From Histomonas meleagridis 2922-C6/04-290x (lineage: Eukaryota; Protista; Parabasalia), in assembly GCA_020184695.1 (NCBI GenBank), contig JAANOX010000045.1, positions 1-64,000 on the forward strand: a stretch of DNA of 64,000 nucleotides. The letters run 5' to 3'. The notes under the pieces were generated by a model that did no database searches, had not been told where the DNA came from, and saw only the letters and a list, made by a program, of their open reading frames with translations. Positions 10,941-22,575 of the stretch are shown one piece after another. How positions within the stretch are numbered: the first letter of the stretch is position 1; the number at the start of each line of letters is the position of its first letter. The translations under genes were made by a program, and so were the position numbers.

Positions 10941-11458
10941 ACAGATTCTATGTTTCTACATTCCAAATTTATTCAGGTTGTTTTTACAATTTATGTATTA
11001 TACAAAAGTAAAAGGTCAATTTCTTACAGAACTTTCTTCATTACGTGTCTGAAAGTTCACGGTGGTAATTACCTTTGAAATAAATGAGGTTTATGATATT
11101 TATTAATTTATGATTTTTTTATGTAACGTTATTAGTGTACAATAATTGCTTTTATGGCTATTATTTGCATTAAGATCAGTTGCAAATCTCTGAGTAATTA
11201 TGAAATTGTGTTATTTTTAATTATCAAATACAAATTTTGAAAAAAAATCATAACATTTAATTATGAATATGTTTAAATTTTGAGAATTTTATGGGTTATT
11301 GTTGTTGATATTCATCATTTCAAAATAATGGTTCAATTTGTTCAACTTAATTAATTTATAATTTTTAAAAAATTTAAATTTTTAAAGAACAGCTCATTTA
11401 TGTGCTTGTCTCATTGCATAACCATTTTCTTATTTCCAAAAAAAAGCAAAAACTTTAT

Positions 11459-13711
11459 TTAAATTTTCGTTATAACAGAAACGTCCGTTAAGTGGCGGTT
11501 ACCGATGGAGTATTCAATTTTGAATTTCAATGCGAATTGTTTCATTTCTTCTTGAAGCAAATATATCACCTGCATCATCATATCATTTTCATCTCTGATA
11601 ACATTACTTGACTGTTGTTGTACCATTATCTTCCAACCATCAGTTACTTCATATTCTGTTTTTATGTTTGTCATTGGTTCTTTAGTCGCATTCTTCACAA
11701 TAATTCGTAAGGCAATCTGTCGTTTGTCGTTTGGGTTCATTTGTTTTTGTCCATAAACAATGTAATCCGCTTTCCGCAATAACTCATCTGCTCCTGGCGG
11801 CGCATTTGATTGTATTGAAGATCCAAGAAGATCATCAATAAGACTACCAGAGGTGGTATTCTTTGCTGGAGTAGGCGTTGTTGTTGGAGCTGGTGTATCC
11901 ATAACAAGTGAAAGAAGATCATCATCTAAATCATCATTATTGGTATTATAACCTATATTGGCTGTTTTCTCTTCGGAACTGATCTCAGCTCCTGATACAG
12001 ACGTAAGAACAGGAGCACAAAGGCTTTGTGAAAGAAGTAATCTTCGCATTTCACCTGCACGCTGTTGTATTTCTAAATTGTTTGATGACTCTAATTTATC
12101 ACGTAAGAAATCTGAAGTTTCTGTTGTAGTTCCAAATCTTGTTGCCATTTTTGAGAGTGCAGTTATGATATATAACTTTGTTTCAGTCTTAGTCTGTGGA
12201 AGGGTTAATAAACGTTTCATACTATCTGTAATACCATTGTCTGTAGGTGCAAATTCGCCAAGAACAAACGACGCAACTTGAAGTAGAGTTTGGTTGTCAA
12301 GGGATTCGTTAAGTGCGACCGTTAACTTTTGAATTGATTGATTTTGTAGTTCTGGAGTTTTAGAGACAAGCTCGCAAAATGAAGCGACAATGTCACTACT
12401 GATATAGCTCCCTGATTCTTTGAGCATTTTAAAGACAGTATCAAAGTACCATTCAAGACTAGGTGCAAATCGTTGAGTTGCATTATATATTTTGGTAATG
12501 AGTTCAGTACAAAACTCAGGATCAGTAAGATGAACATACTCAAAGATTTCAGGAACAAGAGTAACAATATTTTGTTCATCAATTAATGCAGATATAACAT
12601 CAAGTGCACGACGTCGAATAGATGGGTCTTTAGAACGAAGGCACTTAACGACTTGGTTTCGGTGTCTTTGAAGAGCCATTGAATCGACACCACCACGATT
12701 TATTAATACATTTTCATGATACAAAACTCGAGCAAATGCTGAAAGTGCTGAATAAATTACATCACTTTTGCGCGTAGATAACAATCTTCCAATTTGGTTA
12801 AAACCTAAACCACGAAGAGCTGGTTTTGCTGAAATTGATACAATTGTATCAACGGCTTGATAAAGAATTGCGCAACCAGTGTTCTTTTTGGTATCTACTG
12901 ATGATATTATTGTCTGTAGAATACTTTCAAGTTCATCTGATGTTTTTCCTAATAATGCCAAAATCTTTAATGTTTTGATAAGCATGTATGGATCGCAAAA
13001 ATCCGAATAACTAAACTCTCTGGAACCTCTGGAGTTAGCTAAGTTCTTTAATATCTTTGTAAAAGGAGTTACAAATTGATGCCATGTATAAACAAATTTT
13101 GGCTCTGCTTGAATCATTTCAATAACAAGATTCATTCCTGAGAGAATAACGCAATGTGAATGATGGTTCAAAAGCTTTTGAACGCTGTTTTTAAACGAGG
13201 ATGATAAATCTGGATTTTTTCGAATAATTCGAACAATAGCCATTCCTGCCATTTTTAACACGCGAGGCCAATTCGACGTGAGACATTTCTTGGCTTCAGA
13301 AGCTACAGAACGGCAAACTTCTGGTGAGCCATTATTTGCAATAAATGTTAATGCAAGACATTGGATATTTGGATCAGGATTTTGTAGATCTTTAGTGATT
13401 GTATGTGTGACTAATACATTAAGTTCGGTGTCTTCGTCAAGAAGTACGCCAGCTCCAATATATCCAATTCTTTTATATGAAAAAGATTCATGTGTCATTA
13501 ATTTTATAACTTCAAGTTGGCCAAATTTTGTGTTCTCCCCAAGAAGATCAAGAAAAATAAGTTTCGATACATTTTTTGGTCGTTGATAAGGATCATCTTC
13601 TCTAATACTTGCTCTAACTATTGCAAGCTCAGCGGACCTTATTTTTTTCTCTTGTTCAACAGTGGGGGCGTTTCTTACAGCCTCAATAAAATCATTTAAA
13701 GACCTGTCCAT
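11459..13711 (-). CDS. AP1G1: AP-1 adaptor complex gamma subunit (gamma-adaptin)
   Basis: Adaptin N-terminus SLNDFIEAVRNA…, FGQLEVIKL, KRIGYIG, DPSIRRRALD; acidic hinge with DDLL motifs; C-terminal appendage. Confidence 0.88.
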   Translation of the reverse strand: MDRSLNDFIEAVRNAPTVEQEKKIRSAELAIVRASIREDDPYQRPKNVSKLIFLDLLGENTKFGQLEVIKLMTHESFSYKRIGYIGAGVLLDEDTELNVLVTHTITKDLQNPDPNIQCLALTFIANNGSPEVCRSVASEAKKCLTSNWPRVLKMAGMAIVRIIRKNPDLSSSFKNSVQKLLNHHSHCVILSGMNLVIEMIQAEPKFVYTWHQFVTPFTKILKNLANSRGSREFSYSDFCDPYMLIKTLKILALLGKTSDELESILQTIISSVDTKKNTGCAILYQAVDTIVSISAKPALRGLGFNQIGRLLSTRKSDVIYSALSAFARVLYHENVLINRGGVDSMALQRHRNQVVKCLRSKDPSIRRRALDVISALIDEQNIVTLVPEIFEYVHLTDPEFCTELITKIYNATQRFAPSLEWYFDTVFKMLKESGSYISSDIVASFCELVSKTPELQNQSIQKLTVALNESLDNQTLLQVASFVLGEFAPTDNGITDSMKRLLTLPQTKTETKLYIITALSKMATRFGTTTETSDFLRDKLESSNNLEIQQRAGEMRRLLLSQSLCAPVLTSVSGAEISSEEKTANIGYNTNNDDLDDDLLSLVMDTPAPTTTPTPAKNTTSGSLIDDLLGSSIQSNAPPGADELLRKADYIVYGQKQMNPNDKRQIALRIIVKNATKEPMTNIKTEYEVTDGWKIMVQQQSSNVIRDENDMMMQVIYLLQEEMKQFALKFKIEYSIGNRHLTDVSVITKI

Positions 13712-14307
13712 TTGTTTGGCTACCCCAAAGTAAACGTGCGTGAGTTAAACGTCTTCGCCGTAAATTTGCCAACATTATACAGAAGTGGCAATCAAATGCT
13801 TAAAATGGAGTTGAACTTTGTACGATGATAAAAATTTGAGTCATATGGATGAAAAGATAAGCAAAAGAAAAATATTTGTATATTCGGAATAAAATAATTT
13901 GTGTATTCATTTTTCATATTGTTTTAATTACTAAAATACACTTCTTGGGAGAACATTATGAATTAAAGGCATTGTTAAATATTTAATTGATATTTTTTCT
14001 GAAGTATCATAAGTTGATTTTTTGAAGAAGAGATCATAACGTTGAAGTTATCAAAAACTTCATTTTTTGATGAAATTTCATCATAAATTCATGCCTTGAT
14101 ACTTATTCCAACAATCTATTGTCTACGACATAACAATAAATGTTTTTATTTGTACAGTATGAGTTTCTTTTATAAATGATTATCACTTTTCTTACAACAA
14201 AAATTAATTAATACGAATGTAATTTAATGATTTCGCATTTTAAAATAACAATTGCAGTGAATAAAAGAAATCATTTTCATAATATTATTTACTTATAAAC
14301 AACGCAT

Positions 14308-15960
14308 TCACTCTTGCGCCCTATGTATATCGTCATCCGATTTATCATTCTCAGAGCTAAAGAATGATTTAATTGAATAAGTTTTCCGCTTTTTCTTTTC
14401 CGATTTACTTTTAGTTCCATTTGGCATAACCGGAGTTGGCTTCATTTTCACGTTTTCATTATTCTTTAGCGCATCCAAATATTCGTCGGAGAGAAAGTAA
14501 TCGATTTTCTCTTTGTTAACTTTTTTCTTTTTTTCTTTTTCTTCAATAACAGGAGGTTCCATTTCATACTCTTCTTCATTCTCGTTCTCTTTATTAGGTT
14601 TTGGTTGCAAAGGTTTTGGTGTTGTATCACATTCCATTAATGTCATTTGTCGCATTTCACCAGGATATAAAAAATTATTCACTTTAACACCGATTAATCT
14701 TAATTTCATATGTTGTGTCTTATGTTCGTCCATAAGTATCTTCAATGCAGCAGCAGATAAATCAGAATATTTGTTGGTGAACTGATTTAATGTAACCGCC
14801 TTTGTAAAGTTCTTAAAATCGGCACTTTTGAATTTAACGGTTATTGTTTTGAATAGCAAATTTTCTCTTTGCATCTTATTAGAGATCTTCTGGCACATGG
14901 GCTCTACATAATCCATTAGCTTGACAATGTCATCAGTTGCGTCAAATGTCCCTTCTGTACTATACGATTTACGCTTATCATTTTTAATTCTTTCAAATGG
15001 AACCCCAACTACAGCATGAAAAAGAAATTCACGAAACTTTCGGCTGAAAAGAAACCAAACTTCGGCCTTCTTATCAAATACATCTTTTACCGTATTGATA
15101 TTTAATGATTGTAATTTCCTTTCAGTAACACCTCCAATGCCAGGGATCTTACGAATCTTAAGGGAATTCATAAAGGATTTCAACTCATCGGCATTTCGAG
15201 GCACAGAAAAAATTCCATTTGGCTTATTGATATCACTTCCAATCTTCGCGAGTTGGCGAGTGTGCGCAATGCCAATGGAAATTGTAAGTTTAGTGTTTTG
15301 GAAAACTTCGGCTTGTATCGTTTTTGCAAGATTTTCTGGTGAAATATTTTGATTTTTTATGTACTCAGTAACATCAAGAGATGCTTCATCTAAGCCTCCA
15401 GAAACATAGTCCAGGTCATATTTAGCAAAAATGGCCTGAACTTGTTTCGACATTTCGACATATCTATCTCCATGATGATCAACAATGATTAAATCAGGAA
15501 ATAATGAAAGAGCAATAAAAATTGCCATCCCAGACCTAATTCCATATTTGCGTGCTTCATAAGATGATGTTGAAACAACCCCATGACGAATTGATCCTCC
15601 AACAACAAATGCTTTCCCAACAAGAGAAGGATCATCAACTTCTTCAACGGATGCAAAAAAGGCATCAAGATCAGCATGGAAATAAATACGATCAAATGAT
15701 AATTTTTTTTCAAGTTTTTCAATATAAGAATCAACTTGAAGTTTTGCTAAATGTAAATCATTTGCATCTGCTTCACGGAGTTTCTTAGACATTTCTTCAT
15801 TCATGTCATCAATTACTTTTGACCTTTCAGATTGCCTTTCGAAATATTTTGTATTTTTGGAAACTTCTGTGATTTTTTTCGATATCGTGTGCGGATTTAT
15901 GTCTTGGAGGCCAGCTTTAACTTGATTATAAAGAAGTCCATCCGCAGGAACGTTGGTCAT
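14308..15960 (-). CDS. POLK: Y-family DNA polymerase kappa (DinB-like)
   Basis: Motifs HADLDAFFASVE, STSSYEARKYGIRSGM, LDEASLDVT, AKIGSDINKPNG and IPGIGGVT; N-terminal AGLQDI..KKITEVSKNTKYF extension typical of eukaryotic Pol kappa. Confidence 0.92.
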   Translation of the reverse strand: MTNVPADGLLYNQVKAGLQDINPHTISKKITEVSKNTKYFERQSERSKVIDDMNEEMSKKLREADANDLHLAKLQVDSYIEKLEKKLSFDRIYFHADLDAFFASVEEVDDPSLVGKAFVVGGSIRHGVVSTSSYEARKYGIRSGMAIFIALSLFPDLIIVDHHGDRYVEMSKQVQAIFAKYDLDYVSGGLDEASLDVTEYIKNQNISPENLAKTIQAEVFQNTKLTISIGIAHTRQLAKIGSDINKPNGIFSVPRNADELKSFMNSLKIRKIPGIGGVTERKLQSLNINTVKDVFDKKAEVWFLFSRKFREFLFHAVVGVPFERIKNDKRKSYSTEGTFDATDDIVKLMDYVEPMCQKISNKMQRENLLFKTITVKFKSADFKNFTKAVTLNQFTNKYSDLSAAALKILMDEHKTQHMKLRLIGVKVNNFLYPGEMRQMTLMECDTTPKPLQPKPNKENENEEEYEMEPPVIEEKEKKKKVNKEKIDYFLSDEYLDALKNNENVKMKPTPVMPNGTKSKSEKKKRKTYSIKSFFSSENDKSDDDIHRAQE

Positions 15961-17266
15961 TTTGTTTGAGGGGAAGTTCCTTCATTGATATCACTTTTGT
16001 ATATGATTTGATCGGCATGTCACAAAGACGATACTCTTTGATAGCAGGAAAACATCAAAAAAGGGAATTCTTGTTGGAATTGTTTTATAAGTTCTTTCAA
16101 CATTTTTTGTCAAACAAAAATAAAAATAACTCCAAAAAGTTCCACTAAATTCAAACTTTGGGCTTAACTATTAAAAATTCATCGAAATGTACTTCAAAAA
16201 AATAAAAAATTATGACACCATGATAAAGTGGTTGCAGAAAGGTTTGCAAACACTTCAGTTTTTGAATATAAATCCGATGATTTTTCATTCATTCGATTCT
16301 ATCGTTGGGAAACCACTTTAATATATATATATTAAGCAATTGATAAAAATTTATCACCAAAGTATTCTCAAATAATTTTTATGCCTATTCGATCTACGGA
16401 GATCAATATCATATTTTATCATCATAAATGTTTCAAAAACATGTGTTAAATGATACGTATCTCTTGGGGATAATATTTAACTTTTTGTTTTTTCAAATGT
16501 CCAATAACTTTTATTCTGATTTCAGTAACGCCAATAAACAATGTTTAAATCATTAAATAAACTGAATGGTTTTATTTTTTATGTAAGAAGACATTGTCTC
16601 ATGTCAGAAAGAATTTTTTGTGGAATTCACAAGCTTAATCCTGTGATTTCTAAAATTGTTGAGTCATTTTGGATTTCGAAATCCAATATATTTGGATATG
16701 ATTTTACAAATGAGTGTTGTACGTTGTTTCTATTGTTTTCTGAAATTCATAATTAAGTAAAAGCATAATAGGAAGCAAAGATTTGTAAATCAATTGTTAA
16801 TTCTTATAAGACATAACACACCTCAATTGTATACGTGTCCATTCTACTGATTCAAACGATAAAAGAGAAACTATGTGATGTTTTTTAGAATAGAGTAAGA
16901 TAATTGATATTCAAGTGAAGCAATTGTAATATATTTTTTTTTTTCTTTCTTGCTCTTTATTTATGAATTCTTTTGAACAATATAAAATTACAGTTTTTTA
17001 CATTCGATGAATTACATCATAATGATCAATAATAATCGCAAAGAGAAATTTTCTGTCAATAATTAAAACATGTGCGGACACGATTCGAAAAAACAGGATG
17101 TGTGAAGGCAAGTTCACATTTCAAGATTCATCGTAACGTACTGAATTTTGTTAAGTTTACGTCTGACAATTTTTTTGACACTTGGCATTTTGGCGGTTCT
17201 TCGATACAATTATATTTAAACGTATAGTGATTTGTTTCGATTTCCCGCGAATTCGCATTTTTCAAA

Positions 17267-18061
17267 ATGGAAGCTCGTCTTTCTGCACCACAAACCTTAC
17301 GTAAAATTCTTGACGCATTAAAAGAACTTGTTGATGAAGCTAATCTTGAATGTAATGAATCAGGTCTTTCTTTACAAGCGATGGACTCCTCACATTGTGC
17401 GTTAGTTAGCATGAATTTGAACAGCAAATCATTTGACAAGTTCACATGTGCCGACAATGAAACGTTAGGTGTTAACTTAGTTTCTATACAAAAAATTCTT
17501 AAGTGTGGAGATAGTCAAGACACGTTAACATTATCTACTAATTCTGACCATACACAACTTAAGTTTCAATTTGAGAATGGTGGACGATTTTCTGAATTTT
17601 CGTTAGCTTTGATGGACATTGACACAGATAAGTTATCTATTCCAGAAGCAGAACCAGAAGTTCGTATTACTTTATCATCCAGTGATTTCAATAAGATTTG
17701 CCATGATTTAACACAGTTTGGGGATACTGTTAAAATTTTAGTTAAGTCTAAAACAGTTGTTTTCAATGCGAGTGGGCAACTTGGCAACGGCAGCATCACG
17801 CTGAGTTCATATGATTCCGTCGAAGATCGTCCAGTTGATATTGAAATGGATAGTTCTATTGATAAGTTAGAGTTATCATTTGCGCTTAAATATTTGAATT
17901 ATTTCACGAAAGCATCGCCGTTATCAGATAAAGTTATTCTGGAACTTTCGACAGGCCGTCCGCTGATTGTGTTATATCAATTGGATGATGACACTGGTTA
18001 CATCAAATATTACCTTGCACCTAAAGTTGAAGATGACGAAGATGAAGACGAAGAAAATTAA
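17267..18061 (+). CDS. PCNA: Proliferating cell nuclear antigen
   Basis: MEARL…LQAMDSSHCALVS…LGVNL…SFALKYLNYFTKASPLS…IKYYLAPK; intact 264 aa. Confidence 0.97.
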   Translation: MEARLSAPQTLRKILDALKELVDEANLECNESGLSLQAMDSSHCALVSMNLNSKSFDKFTCADNETLGVNLVSIQKILKCGDSQDTLTLSTNSDHTQLKFQFENGGRFSEFSLALMDIDTDKLSIPEAEPEVRITLSSSDFNKICHDLTQFGDTVKILVKSKTVVFNASGQLGNGSITLSSYDSVEDRPVDIEMDSSIDKLELSFALKYLNYFTKASPLSDKVILELSTGRPLIVLYQLDDDTGYIKYYLAPKVEDDEDEDEEN

Positions 18062-18261
18062 AATTTACGACAAAGATTCAAACATATAAACAATTTTTAA
18101 ACAATTTTTTATTTATTTATTTATTTATAATGAAGAAGAACATTTATTAATATTTGACTTCATTAATTTTGTTGAATTTATTCAATTTCAAGAATCATTC
18201 ACACATTTAAGTGCGATAAATTTTGTTGGAATGATTCTGAATTCATTCATTTTAAGAAATC

Positions 18262-19320
18262 ATGAAACTAAAACAATTATATAATGATGTAAAAGATTAT
18301 TATTCAAAAGATGTTCAACAAACAAATGATTTCAAATTTTCTGTATGTGTTTGTACTTCATATAAAAATGAAAAAAAAGTAAAAACTTTAACAAAAATTA
18401 TCCAATTGTTATATAGAAATATTATGGATGTAGAACATCAATTCCAGAATCAATTAAATGGTTGATGATTCTTGATTTAGGATGTGGTACATGACGATAT
18501 TTTTTTGTAACATCAGTTCTAACAGGTAAAGAAGATCATCTTATTGGTATTGATATAACACCAGAACAACTAAAAATTGCGAATGATTTACTTGATTATC
18601 ATTATTTTCAATTCTCAAATTCATTAAAAATCGAATTTAAAGAAGGTTTTGTTGAAGAATATTGGAATTTTAGATTCAACAATTAATATATTTATTTCGA
18701 ATTATGTTAATGATTTAATTACCAATAAAATAAAAGTATTTGTAGAAATTCATCGAGTATTAAAAGAATGAGGAGAAGTTTATATATCAGATATCTTTTC
18801 AAGCAAACCATTTAATGAAGAAGCACGACGAAATAAAATGTTATTTGGTGAATGTATTGGAAATTTTTTATATTTAACCGAATTTGTTAATATTATGAAT
18901 AAAACAGGATTTTCAGAGATATAACCAGTTGAAATTCGAGTTCTTGTTATTCAACATGAATTAATTGATCCTTATACAAGATTTTATTCTAATACATTTC
19001 GTGTATTTAAAATATCTCAAATAATATATTTGAACATGATGTTGGAATTTATCAATGAGGAATTGATGATAATGAAGAAGAATTGCAATTTGATTTAATA
19101 CACAATTTTATTCGAAATCAAGCAATTCCAATCTTATCTAAATTAAAAGAAATTCTTCAAAAATCACGTTTTTGTAAATATTTTACATTTAATAAAGATG
19201 AAAATATCAAATCTTATCAAAGTGAATTAATTCTTGATATATTAAATGAATGTTTATTGAAGAAAGGAAGTGAATGATATGCTTCATCATGTTGTTTCAA
19301 TAATAATAATAGCAAATGAA
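18262..19320 (+). pseudogene. Arsenite methyltransferase (AS3MT/ArsM-like) pseudogene
   Basis: Fragments across frames: VKDYYSK, KYYGC, ILDLGCGT*R, GIDITPEQL, ISNYV, HRVLKE*GEVYISD, LFGECIG, FDLIHNF. Multiple stops and frameshifts. Confidence 0.85.
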
Positions 19321-19960
19321 ATAAAAATTCATCAAAAAATCAAAATCAATAAAAACAAAATTGAAATTTTTATCAATTTAAAATATGATAGACCATGAAA
19401 TAACTTACATTAATATGCATAATTAATTTATTTTTAAGACATCATTAGATTAATAAAAGAACATTAATAAAAGAATCTTTGAATATAATCAAATGTATGT
19501 ATAATATTTAATGATTGTTATAAATTTTACTCCACTTGTATATATATATAATTATCATACGATACTTTGTTGTATTTAAAACTATAAAAAATGTTGTGAG
19601 TTCTTATCAAAAATATACGATTTTGAATGTATAATTGTTCAAGATGGGGAAGATATTATTTTTAGACAAAGGAAAACGAATATATATGGATGAAAATTTT
19701 TAAAGGAATATATTTCAACATTTTTAATACTTTATATAGATCAAATTTAATAAAATTATACATACTTACAAGAAAAAGATGTCATATTAATGGGTAATGC
19801 AAGATGTAATTGTTTAGAAGAAATTTTAAGAGCATATGGGTCATTACATATCCATCCCACACTTCTCACATCTTTCAAACACTAGATTTATCCTTTTTTT
19901 TTTTTTTTTGAGTTTTAAAAAAAAAATATAAATTAATGGAAAATCAAAAATTTTTATTTT

Positions 19961-20544
19961 GTGGCATTACAAAAACCTTACTCAATATACTGCAGTTGTA
20001 TTAAAAAAAAAAAAGCTACATCTATAATTATTAGAGGTTCATTTAGAGTACCAAGTATTAATGTTACACCAGCTGACTTCCCCAAAAGGGTAGAAATTAA
20101 TGAAAATGCACATTTTAAAGAATTATATAATTTAAGGCTGTTAAATTTATAACAAATTGTTTAGATTATATTTTATATCATTTTTCATTCAAAAACATTC
20201 AAATAAAGTTTGTTGGAGGCGATGCAGATCCATGTTATAGAAAAAGATTTGATACAGAATTTGATAATATTAAAAGTTTATGGAATAATGAAATTGTAAA
20301 TATTAGTCAAATACTTGATAATGTATTTTTATATTCAAATGATGTTTATCATTGTTTAAAAAGATTACATAAAAATATTATTAATAATGGACTTCTTTAT
20401 TTACAACCCTGTGATTTTCAAATTATAAATTGTATTAAAAAATTAATGAAGCAATACCTGCAAATATTCCATAAATTTAATTACTCTTTTTATCATATAT
20501 TAATGGAGCAAATATATGGTATTGATATTGATGAACTATTTTAA
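19961..20544 (+). pseudogene. Fragment of a DDE-transposase-like protein (DxxH-motif type: P/Kolobok/Mutator-like)
   Basis: Stop-free frame 20131-20544 reads …IKFVGGDADPCYRK…YSNDVYHCLKRLHKN…, resembling a catalytic D followed by a DxxHxxK motif. No start codon. Confidence 0.35.
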
Positions 20545-21090
20545 GAAATTAGCGGAAAAGACGGAGAAAAAAAGATAAATTATAAATGCAACATAATTAA
20601 GTGTCAGTGGAAGATGTGGAGCATCATTAAGAGATACAGCGCATCAGCAAAACCTGATAAAAAGTAAAGCTAAGATTAATAAAATTCCAGTAACATTTTG
20701 ATATTTGTAATTACGAGTTTTCGTATAGGCTGTGACAAGTACATTTATCTTTTCAAGTTTTTGACAAAATATCTTTTCTTTTTAAGATGTTATAGCTATG
20801 TTGTTGGTCTGACAAATGTTTTTATTTGTTACACTTTATCATTTTATATATTTGAAATAAAACATAAATATTTTTATATAAAGATGGAATAACAAAAAAA
20901 TTTTTATGTAAAAAGAAAAAAAAATTTATTATTCTTTATAAATTTAGAGCATGAATAAATTTTATCAGGAAATGCCGAGTCTTATATGTTTTCTCTACAT
21001 TGACAAACACCGTGTGCTCTTGCCCTTTACCACAAAAAATTTTCGGTTTACTAGTATATAAATATTGAAAGTGTGACATTAAATAGATAA

Positions 21091-22575
21091 TATTTTAACT
21101 ATTTCTGTATGACCATTAAAAGATGCCTCAATAAGTGCTGTATTAAATAATTTAAATAATTTTCAAATATTATTTTCAAATATCAAATTATTAAAATAAA
21201 TATTAAATAAAACAAATAAATATCTTTATCATTAATATCAATTCCTTCTTGTTCAAGAAGTAATTTAACGATTTCTGTATGACCATTTTGAGATGCAAAT
21301 ATAAGTGCTGTATTAAATAATTTAAATAATTTTCAAATATTATTTTCAAATATCAAATTATTAAAATAAATATTAAATAAAACAAATAAATATCTTTATC
21401 ATTAATATCAATTCCTTCTTGTTCAAGAAGTATTTTAACTATTTCTGTATGACCATTAAAAGATGCCTCAATAAGTGCTGTATTAAATAATTTAAATAAT
21501 TTTCAAATATTATTTTCAAATATCAAATTATTAAAATAAATATTAAATAAAACAAATAAATATTTTTAGCATTAATATCAATTCCTTCTTGTTCAAGAAG
21601 TATTTTAACTATTTCTGTATGACCATTTTGAGATGCCTCAATAAGTGCTGTATTAAATAATTTAAATAATTTTCAAATATTATTTTCAAATATCAAATTA
21701 TTAAAATAAATATTAAATAAAACAAATAAATATTTTTAGCATTAATATCAATTCCTTCTTGTTCAAGAAGTATTTTAACTATTTCTGTATGACCATTAAA
21801 AGATGCCTCAATAAGTGCTGTATTAAATAATTTAAATAATTTTCAAATATTATTTTCAAATATCAAATTATTAAAATAAATATTAAATAAAACAAATAAA
21901 TATTTTTAGCATTAATATCAATTCCTTCTTGTTCAAGAAGTAATTTAACGATTTCTGTATGACCATTTTGAGATGCAAATATAAGTGCTGTATCAAATAA
22001 TTTAAATAATTTCCAAATATTATTTTCAAATATCAAATTATTAAAATAAATTTTAAATAAAACAAGTAAATATTTTTAGCATTAATATCAATTCCTTCTT
22101 GTTCAAGAAGTAATTTTACTATTTCTGTATGACCATTTTTAGATGCAAACATAAGTGCTGTATTAAATAATTTAAATAATTTTCAAATATTATTTTGAAA
22201 TATAAAATTATTAAAATAAATTTTAAATAAAACAAGTAAATATCTTTAGCATTAATATCAATTCCTTCTTGTTCAAGAAGTATTTTAACTATTTCTGTAT
22301 GACCATTAAAAGATGCCCACAGAAGTGCTGTTTTAAATAATTTAAATAATTTCCAAATATTATTTTGAAATAAGAAATTATTAAAATAAATTTTATTTTT
22401 AGCATTAATATCAATTCCTTCTTGTTCAAGAAGTAATTTAACTATTTCTGTATGACCATTAAAAGATGCCTCAATAAGTGCTGTATTAAATAATTTAAAT
22501 AATTTTCAAATATTATTTTGAAATACTATAAAATTATTAAAATAAATATCTTTAGCATTAATATCAATTCCTTTT
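21091..22575 (-). repeat. Ankyrin array B (9 TAL units, interrupted); 3' part of the DUF3447-type gene at 22506-23734
   Basis: Units in order: IEASFN, LWASFN, MFASKN, IFASQN, IEASFN, IEASQN, IEASFN, IFASQN, IEASFN. Most gaps are 80 nt; two are 63 nt. Confidence 0.9.

Noticed and set aside
18492-19058. TGA reassigned to Gly or Trp
   Set aside because: The same pseudogene has TAA stops and frameshifts. The duplicate has GGA at one of the sites. Pol kappa and the HP1-like gene end in TGA.
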